Part shown: positions 28,486-36,960 of the stretch, piece by piece
Layout: each line of letters starts with the position of its first letter
Numbering within the stretch: position 1 is the first letter of the stretch
Assembly: GCA_036732755.1 (NCBI GenBank)
Contig: DAINBU010000011.1
Location: 513-64,512 of the forward strand
Reading direction: 5' to 3'
Length of the DNA: 64,000 nt
Origin: Planctomycetota bacterium
GTDB lineage: Bacteria > Planctomycetota > B15-G4 > SIAN01
The notes under the pieces: generated by a model
Database searches by the model: none
What the model was told of the DNA's origin: nothing
What the model saw: the letters and a program-made list of their open reading frames with translations, nothing else
Position numbers and translations under genes: made by a program

Positions 28486-28970
28486 TTGCTCCGCGCCGCC
28501 GCCGCGGCGAGACTCGCGCGGAATGATTCCTCGCGCGAGCTCCCGTCGTTGAGCGCCTCCCTGCACGCCCTCGAGCCGCACGCGCTCTCCGCGACCTTCC
28601 TCGTCACGCTGCTCGCGCAGCTCGGGCTGCCGATCCCCGCCGAGCTCCTGCTCCTCGCGACGGGCGCGCTCTCGGCCGACGGGTCGCCGGCGCGCGCGCT
28701 CTCTCCTACGCCTGGAACGCGCTCGGCGCGCTGCGGATGCGGCCGGAGGAGCTCCCCGACCGCCACGGCGAGATCCCGCGCGATCGTGAAGTGGTTCTCT
28801 ACTGCAGCTGCCCCAACGAGGTGACGAGCGCTCAGGTGGCGCTCCGGCTCCAGCGGCACGGCATCGCGCGCGTCCGGCCGCTGCTCGGCGGTTTCACCGC
28901 CTGGCTCGAGCGCGGACTTCCCCTCGCGGCGGCGAGCGAGGGGATTCGCAGCGCCGTCCCGCTCAGGTAG
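28486..28970 (+). pseudogene. Degenerate remnant of a DedA-family (VTT domain) and rhodanese fusion gene: DedA N-terminus in one frame, rhodanese C-terminus in another
   Basis: From TTG at 28486 the frame encodes ...SLHALEPHALSATFLVTLLAQLGLPIPAELLLLATGALSADG, the conserved DedA N-terminal motif. It then degrades into Arg/Ser/Pro nonsense. From about 28690 a different frame encodes ..YAWNALGALRMRPEELPDRHGEIPRDREVVLYCSCPNEVTSAQVALRLQRHGIARVRPLLGGFTAWLERGLPL, the C-terminal half of a rhodanese fold with a non-canonical active-site loop. The junction sits on a (GC)n run. Confidence 0.35.
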
Positions 28971-29013
28971 GTTGCCCGCCCGGCCCGCGCCCAACCCCGC
29001 TGGAGTCGAGACG

Positions 29014-31257
29014 ATGAACCGTTCCGCGCATCTTCCGGCTCTCCTCGTCGTCCTGGCCGCGACCTCGCCCGCGGCCCTCGCGAACGGCTGGCAGCCGCTC
29101 ACGAATCAGCCGCCCGTCAACGCCAGCACGCTCTACCTCCTGATGGACGGGCGCGTGCTGATGAACGAGTACTTCAGCGAGCACTGGTGGGTGCTCACGC
29201 CCGACGCGAGCGGCAGCTACCTGAACGGGACCTGGTCGCAAGTCCAGGACGCTCACGACGACCGCCTCTACTACGCGTCGAGCGTGCTCGCCGACGGCCG
29301 CGTGCTGATCGCCGGCGGCGAATACAGCAACACGGGAGGCGGGAGCGCGGCGGAGATCTACAACCCGGTGACGGACACCTGGAAGGCGATCGGGCCGCCG
29401 ACCGGCTGGGGCTACATCGGTGACGCGCCCTCGACCCTGCTCGCCGACAAGCGCTTCTTCATCGGGAACATCCAGGACAACCGCACGGCGCTCTGGGATC
29501 CGGTGACGAAGGCGTGGTCGGCCGGCCCCGCGATCCTCGGCACGGCGAGCGCCGAGGAGACCTGGGTGCTGCTGCCCGACGACACCATCGTCACGCCCAA
29601 GTGCTTCGACCACCCCGATTCGGAGCTCTTCGACCCGGTGGCGAACGCGTGGGTCGACACCGGCAACCTCGCCGCCGACATCGTCGACGGCATCTTCGAG
29701 ATCGGACCCGGCATGGCGCTCAACGACGGCCGCGCCTTCATCCTCGGCGCCACGGCCCACACCGCGCTCTACACGATGAACGGCACGCCCGGAGGCGTCG
29801 GCACCTGGGCGGCCGGACCCGACATGCCCGTCCTCGGCGGCAGGCAGATGGTCGCGTCCGACGCGCCCGCCGCGATGCTGCCGAACGGAAACATGCTCTG
29901 CGCGCTGGCCGACTACTGGACGCCGCCGGTCCACTTCTACGCGTTCGACGGGACGAGCTTCACTCGCAGGCCGGATCCCGGCAACAACGGCGGGACGCCG
30001 TACGACGGCCGCATGCTCCTGCTGCCGACCGGCGAAATCCTCTACGCGAACGTCACGATCTACCTCTACTCGGGCAACGGCAGTCCCGACCCGTCGTGGA
30101 AGCCGACCATCACCGCGGTCGCCACCGACCTCCTGCCCGCCACCGATTACCTCCTCGAAGGCACGCAGCTGAACGGCCTCACCACCTCCAGCAGCTACGG
30201 CGACGAGTGCAACGTCTCGACCAACTATCCGCTGGTCCGCCTCACGTTCACGAACAGCGGCCACGTCGCCTACATGCGCGCCCACGATCCGAGCACGATG
30301 GGCATCGCGACCGGCGCGACGATCGTCTCGACCCATTTCGAGGTGCCGGCGACCGTCGAGAAGGGGCCGGCGAAGCTCGAGGTCGTCGCGAACGGCATCG
30401 TCTCCGACCCGGTCGACGTCGTCGTCCGCGACCCGATCACGATCGACTTCGACGCGCTGGCGACCCCAGTCGTGGTGACCACGCAGTTCGCCGAGGCGAC
30501 CTTCTCGGCGCCGGCCGGCTCGGACAACGTGACGGTCGCCCTCGCCGCCGGCAGCTCGCAGCCCAACGTGATCGAGACGGAACCGGTCGGCGGCCCGCCC
30601 GACGGGACGCGCGACACGTACGTCGACTTCCCCTGCCCGGTCGGCTCGCTCTCCTTCAGCGCGGTCGCGGTCGACAACGTCGGCCCGGTCGCGAACGTGA
30701 ACGTCTACGAGTCGGGCGTCCTCACCGCGACGCTCGCGGTCGAGGGGGCCGGCACGCCGACGGTGCCGGTGCGCGTCGACCTCACCTCCTACAACAACGT
30801 GACGCGCGTCGAGATGGTCGGCATCACCGACGCGAGCGGGCTCGGCTGGGACGACTTCGTCTTCTGCCTCGGCTCGTCGGCAGCGTGGGCGAACTACGGG
30901 AGCGGCTTCGCGGGCACGTTCGGCGTGCCGTCGCTCGTCGCGCAGAATCGTCCGATCCTGGGCGGCCCGCTCGTCCTGGACGTCGGCAACTCGCTCGGTG
31001 CGCCGACGACGGCGCTGCTCGTCCTCGGCCTGGCGCAGGCGTCGATCCCGACCAACAAGGGCGGGACGATCCTCGTCGCGCCGGCCCTCTGGATCCCGCT
31101 CGCGCTGCCGGCGGGCGGCCTCTCGGTCGCGGGTTCGGTGCCGAACGACCCGCAGCTCTGCGGCCTCGCCGCCGACTTCCAGGCGCTCGAGCTCGACGCC
31201 GGCGCCGCCTTCGGGATCTCGTTCACCGCCGGACTCGAACTGCACCTCGGATACTGA
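29014..31257 (+). CDS. Secreted kelch beta-propeller protein of the glyoxal-oxidase/galactose-oxidase-like family (propeller plus DUF1929-like Ig domain) carrying the same unassigned C-terminal domain as the FG-GAP protein
   Basis: ATG at 29014 gives MNRSAHLPALLVVLAATSPAALANG, a signal peptide. Kelch-like blades have W/Y-rich motifs (LYYASSVLADGRVLIAGGEY, ALWDPVTKAWSAG, ..). An Ig-like segment follows (PAKLEVVANGIVSDPVDVVV). The last ~115 aa align with the C-terminus of the 577..2268 protein. Confidence 0.8.
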   Translation: MNRSAHLPALLVVLAATSPAALANGWQPLTNQPPVNASTLYLLMDGRVLMNEYFSEHWWVLTPDASGSYLNGTWSQVQDAHDDRLYYASSVLADGRVLIAGGEYSNTGGGSAAEIYNPVTDTWKAIGPPTGWGYIGDAPSTLLADKRFFIGNIQDNRTALWDPVTKAWSAGPAILGTASAEETWVLLPDDTIVTPKCFDHPDSELFDPVANAWVDTGNLAADIVDGIFEIGPGMALNDGRAFILGATAHTALYTMNGTPGGVGTWAAGPDMPVLGGRQMVASDAPAAMLPNGNMLCALADYWTPPVHFYAFDGTSFTRRPDPGNNGGTPYDGRMLLLPTGEILYANVTIYLYSGNGSPDPSWKPTITAVATDLLPATDYLLEGTQLNGLTTSSSYGDECNVSTNYPLVRLTFTNSGHVAYMRAHDPSTMGIATGATIVSTHFEVPATVEKGPAKLEVVANGIVSDPVDVVVRDPITIDFDALATPVVVTTQFAEATFSAPAGSDNVTVALAAGSSQPNVIETEPVGGPPDGTRDTYVDFPCPVGSLSFSAVAVDNVGPVANVNVYESGVLTATLAVEGAGTPTVPVRVDLTSYNNVTRVEMVGITDASGLGWDDFVFCLGSSAAWANYGSGFAGTFGVPSLVAQNRPILGGPLVLDVGNSLGAPTTALLVLGLAQASIPTNKGGTILVAPALWIPLALPAGGLSVAGSVPNDPQLCGLAADFQALELDAGAAFGISFTAGLELHLGY

Positions 31258-31289
31258 CGAAACTTCCCGTCGGACGTCGGCCTCGATCC

Positions 31290-31326
31290 GCCGCCGGAGC
31301 GCGCCTCGCCGCCGCGCTCCGGCGGC
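31290..31326 (+). terminator. Strong GC hairpin (14-bp stem, 9-nt loop) 33 nt after the kelch gene stop, followed by TCCATTTCC
   Basis: GCCGCCGGAGCGCG-cctcgccgc-CGCGCTCCGGCGGC is a perfect 14-bp inverted repeat. It sits between the kelch gene and the downstream minor-pilin operon. Confidence 0.4.
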
Positions 31327-31497
31327 TCCATTTCCGGCGCCGCGCGCAAGGAAAGTGGAGACGTTTTCCGTCCGGCCTGCGGCCGGCTCAGTCGCTCATC
31401 GGCGCTTCCGAAGCTCCGGATGCCCCCCGACGGCCCGCGCGAGCCCACGGATCGGCTCGGACCGCGGCCCCCGGCCCGGGGAAACACGGAAAGCGCT

Positions 31498-31920
31498 GTG
31501 ACCCCCACCTCGGATGCACACCTTCGGACTGCCGGGCGACGGCGCGCGCGCGCCGGGCTCACCTTCGTCGAGATCATGATCGCCACGACCATCCTCGCCG
31601 TCGGCGCCCTGGTCGCGTTCCCGACCATGCTCTCCTTCGCCGACCTCTCCGACACGGCGCGCGAGGAGAACGTCGCGACGCACGACCTGATGACCGCCGT
31701 GGAGGACGTGATGAGCACGCCCTTCACGCAGATCACGTCGACCTACAAGGCGGGCGAGCCGATCCCCCGCTTCACCGCCCTCCACCTCAAGGAGGAGTCG
31801 ATCGTCGTCACCTACGACGATCCGGCCGCCGACCCGCTGGTCATCACGATCACGGCGACGTGGAGGGATCGCAAGGGCCACCCGATGCAGGAGACGTTCC
31901 GATGCGCTCGCACGCGCTGA
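31498..31920 (+). CDS. Type IV pilus minor pilin, PilV-like (set 2)
   Basis: Prepilin segment ...RRRARAG-LTFVEIMIATTILAVGALVAFPTML with Glu at +5. Start is proposed as GTG at 31498 (leader MTPTSDAHLRTAGRRRARAG). An alternative ATG at 31420 would give a 46-aa leader. Confidence 0.6.
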   Translation: MTPTSDAHLRTAGRRRARAGLTFVEIMIATTILAVGALVAFPTMLSFADLSDTAREENVATHDLMTAVEDVMSTPFTQITSTYKAGEPIPRFTALHLKEESIVVTYDDPAADPLVITITATWRDRKGHPMQETFRCARTR

Positions 31921-32660
31921 ACGCCCGCTGCCGCGGCCGCGCCACGCGCGGGCACACTTTCGTCGAGATGATGATCGTGCTCTGCACGATGACCATCGTG
32001 CTCGGCGGCGTGATGCAGATCATGAAGGGCGCGCGCGATTCCTGGCAGCTCACCGGCTCGAAGTCGCGGCTGCAGGAGTCGGGCCGGCGCATGCTCGAGA
32101 AGATCGCCGCCGATCTGCGCAAGAGCGGGCTCACCAACGTCGCCGGCCAGAACTACCCGGCGATCTGGGAGCGGCAGCTCGGTCCCGAGAACACGCCGCG
32201 CGGCCCGCTCGTCGCGACCATGAACTACTCCGACGAATCGCTCGTGAACGAGGTCTTCGCCTGGAACGGCGTCGGCGACCACATCACGCGCAACGCCAAC
32301 CGCGTGGCCGACGAGATCGTCTTCCAGCTCCCGCAGGACCTCGACGGCAACGGCACGCCGCTCGACGCCAACGGCGACCTCGAGTGGGGCGCGCAGCTCT
32401 TCTCCTACCGCGTCGTGCAGGACGCGGAGGGCCGCCCCTGGCTCTACCGCAACACCGACGTCGGCGGCGTGCTCACCGAGCAGCGGCCGATCGGCTCGTC
32501 GGTCCGGTCGATCACCTTCGACGTCGTGTTCAACGACCGCTCGCTGCGGTTCGGGAACGTCGACATCGTGATCTATCTCGAGGAGACGAACGCCAACGGC
32601 CAGCGCGTGACCGCGGAGGTCGAAGGCTCGGTCAACCTGCGCAACACGAAGGAACTGTGA
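31902..32660 (+). CDS. Type IV pilus minor pilin, PilW-like (set 2)
   Basis: ATG at 31902 with GCAGGAG 8 nt upstream. It overlaps the upstream gene by 19 nt. Leader MRSHALNARCRGRATRG is followed by HTFVEMMIVLCTMTIVLGGVMQIMKGARDSWQLTGSKSRLQESGRRMLEKIAADLRKSGL, which fits the PilW N-terminal pattern. Confidence 0.7.
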   Translation: MRSHALNARCRGRATRGHTFVEMMIVLCTMTIVLGGVMQIMKGARDSWQLTGSKSRLQESGRRMLEKIAADLRKSGLTNVAGQNYPAIWERQLGPENTPRGPLVATMNYSDESLVNEVFAWNGVGDHITRNANRVADEIVFQLPQDLDGNGTPLDANGDLEWGAQLFSYRVVQDAEGRPWLYRNTDVGGVLTEQRPIGSSVRSITFDVVFNDRSLRFGNVDIVIYLEETNANGQRVTAEVEGSVNLRNTKEL

Positions 32661-32674
32661 GCGGAGCCGTACCC

Positions 32675-34420
32675 ATGATGCACCCCCGGAACTCCCGACC
32701 CCCGAGGATCGCCGCGCGCAGGAACCAGCGCGGCACCGTGCTGCTGGTCGCGCTCACGGCCGTCGTGATCATCGCGGCGTTCGCCGCGGCCCTGCTCACC
32801 AGCTCCCAGGCGGAGCTGAGGCAGGCGAAGACGACGCGCGCCGTCTCCGACGTGCGCACGCTCGCCGAGGGCGCGACGGTCGCGGCAGAGCACGCCGTGC
32901 TGGTCGCGGTCGCGAACACGATCGCGCCGCCGGCCTCCGGCACGCTCCACCACGGCCCGCACGACGTCCCGTGGACGACGCAGCACATCGGCACCGACAC
33001 GGTCGAGACCGACGCCGTCGGGATCCAGACGATCCACCAGCACTGGCTGGTGCAGGCGACGGCCGACGCGACGCCCTTCAAGCACACGGTGAACCGCGTG
33101 CTCGACATCGGCCTCACGCCGATCTTCCAGTACGCGATCTTCTACAACGAGGACCTCGAGCTGCTGCCGGGCCCGTCGATGACGATCTCCGGCCGCGTGC
33201 ACACCAACAAGGACCTCTTCGTCGGCGTCGGCGCCGGCAACACGCTCACGATCAAGTCGGACTACTTCCGCTCGGTCGGCGACATGTTCCGCATGCGCAA
33301 GGACGACGGCTCGCTCACGTCGGGCAGCGTCAAGATCCAGAAGAGCGGCACGACGTCGCTCTACGACATGTGGAGCGAGAGTCAGTTCAAGTCGAAGGGC
33401 GTGCCGAGCACGAGCGGCTTCGACAGCCAGTTCAAGGGCTTCGACGCGAACGGCGACGGCGACCTCTCCGACCTCGGCGACTGGCCCGACTTCGCGGTCG
33501 GCGCGCTGTCGACCTGGGGCGGCACGGTGCAGTCGGCCGACCACGGCGTGAAGACGGTCGAGCCGCCGTCGATCGGCTCGATCAAGCGCTTCCAGAACGT
33601 CGGCGCCGGCAACGGCGACTACGCCTGGAACGCCACGCTCAAGGACTACGCCTACGTCGGCATGGGCAGCGGCGACTCGACCAAGGGGCGCTACCACGCC
33701 GCCGCCGACCTCGTGATCCGCGACCTCACCGCCTACGACGCCAAGGGCAACGTGGTCTCGATGCCGACGGGCGCGATCGCGCCGCGGAGCTTCTACGACG
33801 CGCGCGAGGGCAAGACCGTCACCGTCACGCAGATCGACATCAAGATCCTGCGCGAGAACGGCCTGCTGCCGGTGAACGGCGCGATCTACGCGTCGCGCTC
33901 CGACACGACCGTCTCGCAGCCCAACGGCATCCGTTTGGTGAACGGCTACGAGCTCGGCCAGCCGCTCACCGTCATCTCCGAGGACCCGGTCTACGTCCGC
34001 GGCGACTACAACACGACGAACAAGAAGCCGGCCGCCGTCATCGCCGACGCGGTGAACCTGCTCTCGAACTCCTGGGACGACAAGAAGACCAAGGGCACGC
34101 TGCCGACCGCCAAGGCGACCACCTTCGACTTCGCGATGATCACCGGCGGCGACGAGACCGGCGGCGCGGGCTACTCGAACGGCTTCGAGAACCTGCCGCG
34201 CTTCCACGAGAAGTGGGACGGGATCGCCTGCGCGATCCTCGGCTCGTTCGTGAAGATCTACGCCTCCGAGTTCGCCAAGGGCAAGTGGGTCTACGGAAGC
34301 GACCGCTACACGGCGCCCGTGCGCCTGTGGGACTACGACACCGCCTTCAACAAGATCGAGAACCTCCCGCCCTTCACGCCGAACGTCGCGCAAGTGCGCA
34401 ACTCCGGCTGGTGGGATTGA
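32675..34420 (+). CDS. PilX-N-domain large pilus-associated protein (set 2), 581 aa
   Basis: ATG at 32675 with GGAG 9 nt upstream. The N-terminus QRGTVLLVALTAVVIIAAFAAALLTSSQAELRQAKTTRAVSDVRTLAEGA matches the PilX N-terminal pattern. The rest is an ordinary-composition beta-rich domain. The first 97 codons of track ORF 32384..34420 are Arg-rich shadow. Confidence 0.7.
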   Translation: MMHPRNSRPPRIAARRNQRGTVLLVALTAVVIIAAFAAALLTSSQAELRQAKTTRAVSDVRTLAEGATVAAEHAVLVAVANTIAPPASGTLHHGPHDVPWTTQHIGTDTVETDAVGIQTIHQHWLVQATADATPFKHTVNRVLDIGLTPIFQYAIFYNEDLELLPGPSMTISGRVHTNKDLFVGVGAGNTLTIKSDYFRSVGDMFRMRKDDGSLTSGSVKIQKSGTTSLYDMWSESQFKSKGVPSTSGFDSQFKGFDANGDGDLSDLGDWPDFAVGALSTWGGTVQSADHGVKTVEPPSIGSIKRFQNVGAGNGDYAWNATLKDYAYVGMGSGDSTKGRYHAAADLVIRDLTAYDAKGNVVSMPTGAIAPRSFYDAREGKTVTVTQIDIKILRENGLLPVNGAIYASRSDTTVSQPNGIRLVNGYELGQPLTVISEDPVYVRGDYNTTNKKPAAVIADAVNLLSNSWDDKKTKGTLPTAKATTFDFAMITGGDETGGAGYSNGFENLPRFHEKWDGIACAILGSFVKIYASEFAKGKWVYGSDRYTAPVRLWDYDTAFNKIENLPPFTPNVAQVRNSGWWD

Positions 34421-34580
34421 GCGCCCGCGACCGGCAATCCGGACCGAAATCCTCCTGAGACGCGCTGCCGTCGGCCCCGCGGGCCGGCGGCGGTCGCGTT
34501 CCCGGGCCGCGCCACGCGGTAGATTCGCCGCCGCTCCGTGCCGCGCAGCCGCGCGGTGCGGGCCTGAGCGAGGGCGAGCG

Positions 34581-35291
34581 ATGGGACGGCAGTGGCTCCA
34601 GAAGAAGCGCGAGATCAACGGCGCCAAGCGCGGGAAGATGGCGACCAAGATCGTGCGCGAGATCACGGTGGCCGCCAAGGCGGGCGCCCCCGACCCCGCC
34701 ATGAACCCGCGCCTCGCGCTGGCGGTCGAGGCGGCGCACAAGCAGTCGATCTCGAACGAGACGATCACGCGCGCGATCAAGCGCGGCGCCGGGCTCACCG
34801 GCGAGAAGATCGACCTCGAGCTCGTCACGTACGAGGGCTTCACGCCCCACCAGGTGCCAGTGATCGTCGAGTGCATGACTGACAACCGCAACCGCACGGC
34901 GCCCGAGATCCGCGTCCTGTTCCGGGAGGGCCAGCTCGGCGCGAAGGTCGGCTTCCTCTTCGACCACGTCGGCATCGTCGAGGCGACGCGCGCGCCGGCC
35001 GGCCTCGATCTCGAGTCGGCGGCGATCGAGGCAGGCGCGCAGGACGTCGAGCCGCTCGAGGAGGTTGCGCCGGGCCATTCGGGCGGCCGCTTCATCACCG
35101 ACCGCACCGACCTCGACGTCGTGATGAAGGCGCTGCTGACCGCCGGCTGGAAGGTGAGCGTCTCCGAGCTCGGCTACGTCGCCAAGCAGGACGTCGACCT
35201 CCCGCCCGAGCAGCGCGTCGAGGTCGAGTCCTTCCTCGAGGCGCTCGACGACCACGACGACGTCCACCGCATCTACACGGCGCTGAGCTGA
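34581..35291 (+). CDS. yebC: YebC/PmpR-family DNA-binding regulatory protein
   Basis: Full-length similarity pattern to YebC (..AKRGKMATKIVREITVAAKAGAPDPAMNPRLALAVEAAHKQSISNETITRAIKRG.. ..FDHVGIVE..). GAGGG lies 8 nt upstream of the ATG. Confidence 0.85.
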   Translation: MGRQWLQKKREINGAKRGKMATKIVREITVAAKAGAPDPAMNPRLALAVEAAHKQSISNETITRAIKRGAGLTGEKIDLELVTYEGFTPHQVPVIVECMTDNRNRTAPEIRVLFREGQLGAKVGFLFDHVGIVEATRAPAGLDLESAAIEAGAQDVEPLEEVAPGHSGGRFITDRTDLDVVMKALLTAGWKVSVSELGYVAKQDVDLPPEQRVEVESFLEALDDHDDVHRIYTALS

Positions 35292-35345
35292 CGCCCGCCC
35301 GCGCTTCCCATCCCCGGGGGCGCCGACCCGAGCCTTCCTCATATA

Positions 35346-35374
35346 GGGCGTCCGGCCCCCGGGGGCGGACGCCC
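35346..35374 (+). terminator. 29-nt near-perfect GC palindrome (13 of 14 pairs) 55 nt after the yebC stop
   Basis: GGGCGTCCGGCCCCCGGGGGCGGACGCCC. It is preceded by an AT-rich CTCATATAG. No U-tract follows. It could be a terminator or a protein-binding palindrome. Confidence 0.35.
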
Positions 35375-35448
35375 GGCCGCTCAAGCCGCCGCGGGGAGGC
35401 GCCGAAGAGTGGGAAGTCCCTTCCCATCGACCTCGCCCCGGGGCCCGC

Positions 35449-36960
35449 ATGTCGTCCCGCTCGCTGCAACCGCTGCCGGTCGGCTTCCACGGCGATCGCC
35501 ACCTCCTGCGCCTGATCGACCTGCTTGCCGCGCGGGCGCACACGTTCCTCGAGACCGGGTCGAACGTCGGCTCGACGCTCGGCTACGTCGCGCGCCGCTT
35601 CCCCGCTCTCGACTGCATCTCGTGCGAGCCCGACCCCGCGGCGCACGCCGTCGCGGCGGAGCACGCGTGCGTGCGGCCGGGCGTCGCGCTCCATCGCGAG
35701 ACGTCGCAGGAGCTGCTGCGCCGCCTTGCCCGCGACCACGTGCCGTCGCTCGCGAAGCCGCTGCTCGCGTGGCTCGACGCGCACGACCACGGATTCGAGT
35801 GGCCGCTGCGCGACGAGGTCGCCTTCCTCACGGGCCGGTGTGCGCGCGGCTTCCTGTTGATCGACGACTTCCGCGTGCCGCACGATCCGCGCTTCGGGTG
35901 GGACAGCTACGACGGCCGCCACTGCAGCTTCGAGTACGTCCGCGACTCGATCGCGCCCGACGTCCACTGGCGCCTCTACTACCCGGCCTATTCCGAGCAC
36001 ACCTCGCCCCACCATCCGCTGCGCGGCTGGGGGCTCCTGCAGTTCGACCGGAACTCCGCGCAGCTCGAGCCCCTGGAAGACGAGCTCTCCGAGGTGTGCC
36101 GCTTCGCGTGCGAGGGCGGGCCGGCGCCGACGCCCGTCCCGTCGTCCGAGCTCCTGCAGGCCGCGCTCGCGACCTTCGCACGGGTCCTCGAAGTCGAGCC
36201 GCGCAACGCCGTCGCCCGGCAGAGCTGGAAGGCGCTTTTTCAGGCACTGCACCCCGCGCCGGCCGGCGACGCGCGGCCGCTCCCGATCGCCCCCGGCGCC
36301 TGGGGCCGCATGGCGCGGCGCGATCCCTACGACGACCTGCGCGACCTCGTCTCGATCGAGCGACCGACGATCGTCGACGGCGGCGCCAACCGCGGCGACA
36401 CGGTCGCGCGGCTGCGCGCGCTCTTCCCCGACGCGCCGATCCACGCCTTCGAGCCGATCGAGGAGCTCGCGCGGGCGATCCGGACGCGCTTCGCGGACGA
36501 CCGCGCGCTGGTGGTCCACGCCGCCGCGCTCGCCGCGGAGAGCGGCGCGGCGACCTTCCACCGCCTCCAGGCCGACGTCACCTCGTCGCTCCTGACGCCG
36601 AGCGCGCTCAAGCGCCGCTACCACGGCGAGCGCGTCGACGTCGCCGCGTCCGACGAGGTCCTGACGCTCGCCCTGGCCGACGTCCTCGACCGGCCGATCG
36701 ACGTCTTGAAGCTCGACCTCCAGGGCGCCGAGCTCGCGGCGCTGCGCGGCCTGCGCGAGCGGATCGCCGACGTGCGCGTGGTCCTGACCGAGGTCGAATT
36801 CGCGCCGCTCTACGACGGGCAGCCGCTCTTCGGCGACCTCGACGTCCATCTGCGCGGCGCGGGCTTTCGCCTGTTCCACCTCTACGACGTCTGGAGCCAC
36901 CCCGACGGCCAGATCACGTCGGGCGACGCGCTCTACGTGAACGGGCGGTTCTTCTCGTGA
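35449..36960 (+). CDS. FkbM-family methyltransferase (two-domain)
   Basis: The C-terminal half has the FkbM motif TIVDGGANRGDT and AFEP. The N-terminal half is a second methyltransferase-like fold (LETGSNVGST). Confidence 0.75.
   Translation: MSSRSLQPLPVGFHGDRHLLRLIDLLAARAHTFLETGSNVGSTLGYVARRFPALDCISCEPDPAAHAVAAEHACVRPGVALHRETSQELLRRLARDHVPSLAKPLLAWLDAHDHGFEWPLRDEVAFLTGRCARGFLLIDDFRVPHDPRFGWDSYDGRHCSFEYVRDSIAPDVHWRLYYPAYSEHTSPHHPLRGWGLLQFDRNSAQLEPLEDELSEVCRFACEGGPAPTPVPSSELLQAALATFARVLEVEPRNAVARQSWKALFQALHPAPAGDARPLPIAPGAWGRMARRDPYDDLRDLVSIERPTIVDGGANRGDTVARLRALFPDAPIHAFEPIEELARAIRTRFADDRALVVHAAALAAESGAATFHRLQADVTSSLLTPSALKRRYHGERVDVAASDEVLTLALADVLDRPIDVLKLDLQGAELAALRGLRERIADVRVVLTEVEFAPLYDGQPLFGDLDVHLRGAGFRLFHLYDVWSHPDGQITSGDALYVNGRFFS

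Noticed and set aside
28963-31245. 760-aa minus ORF, and 29514..31900 of the 1048-aa plus ORF
   Set aside because: Antisense or offset frames of the kelch gene. Only the last 252 codons of the 1048-aa ORF (from 31902) are real, as PilW-like.
32573-35107. 844-aa minus ORF
   Set aside because: Antisense to the PilX-like and yebC genes.
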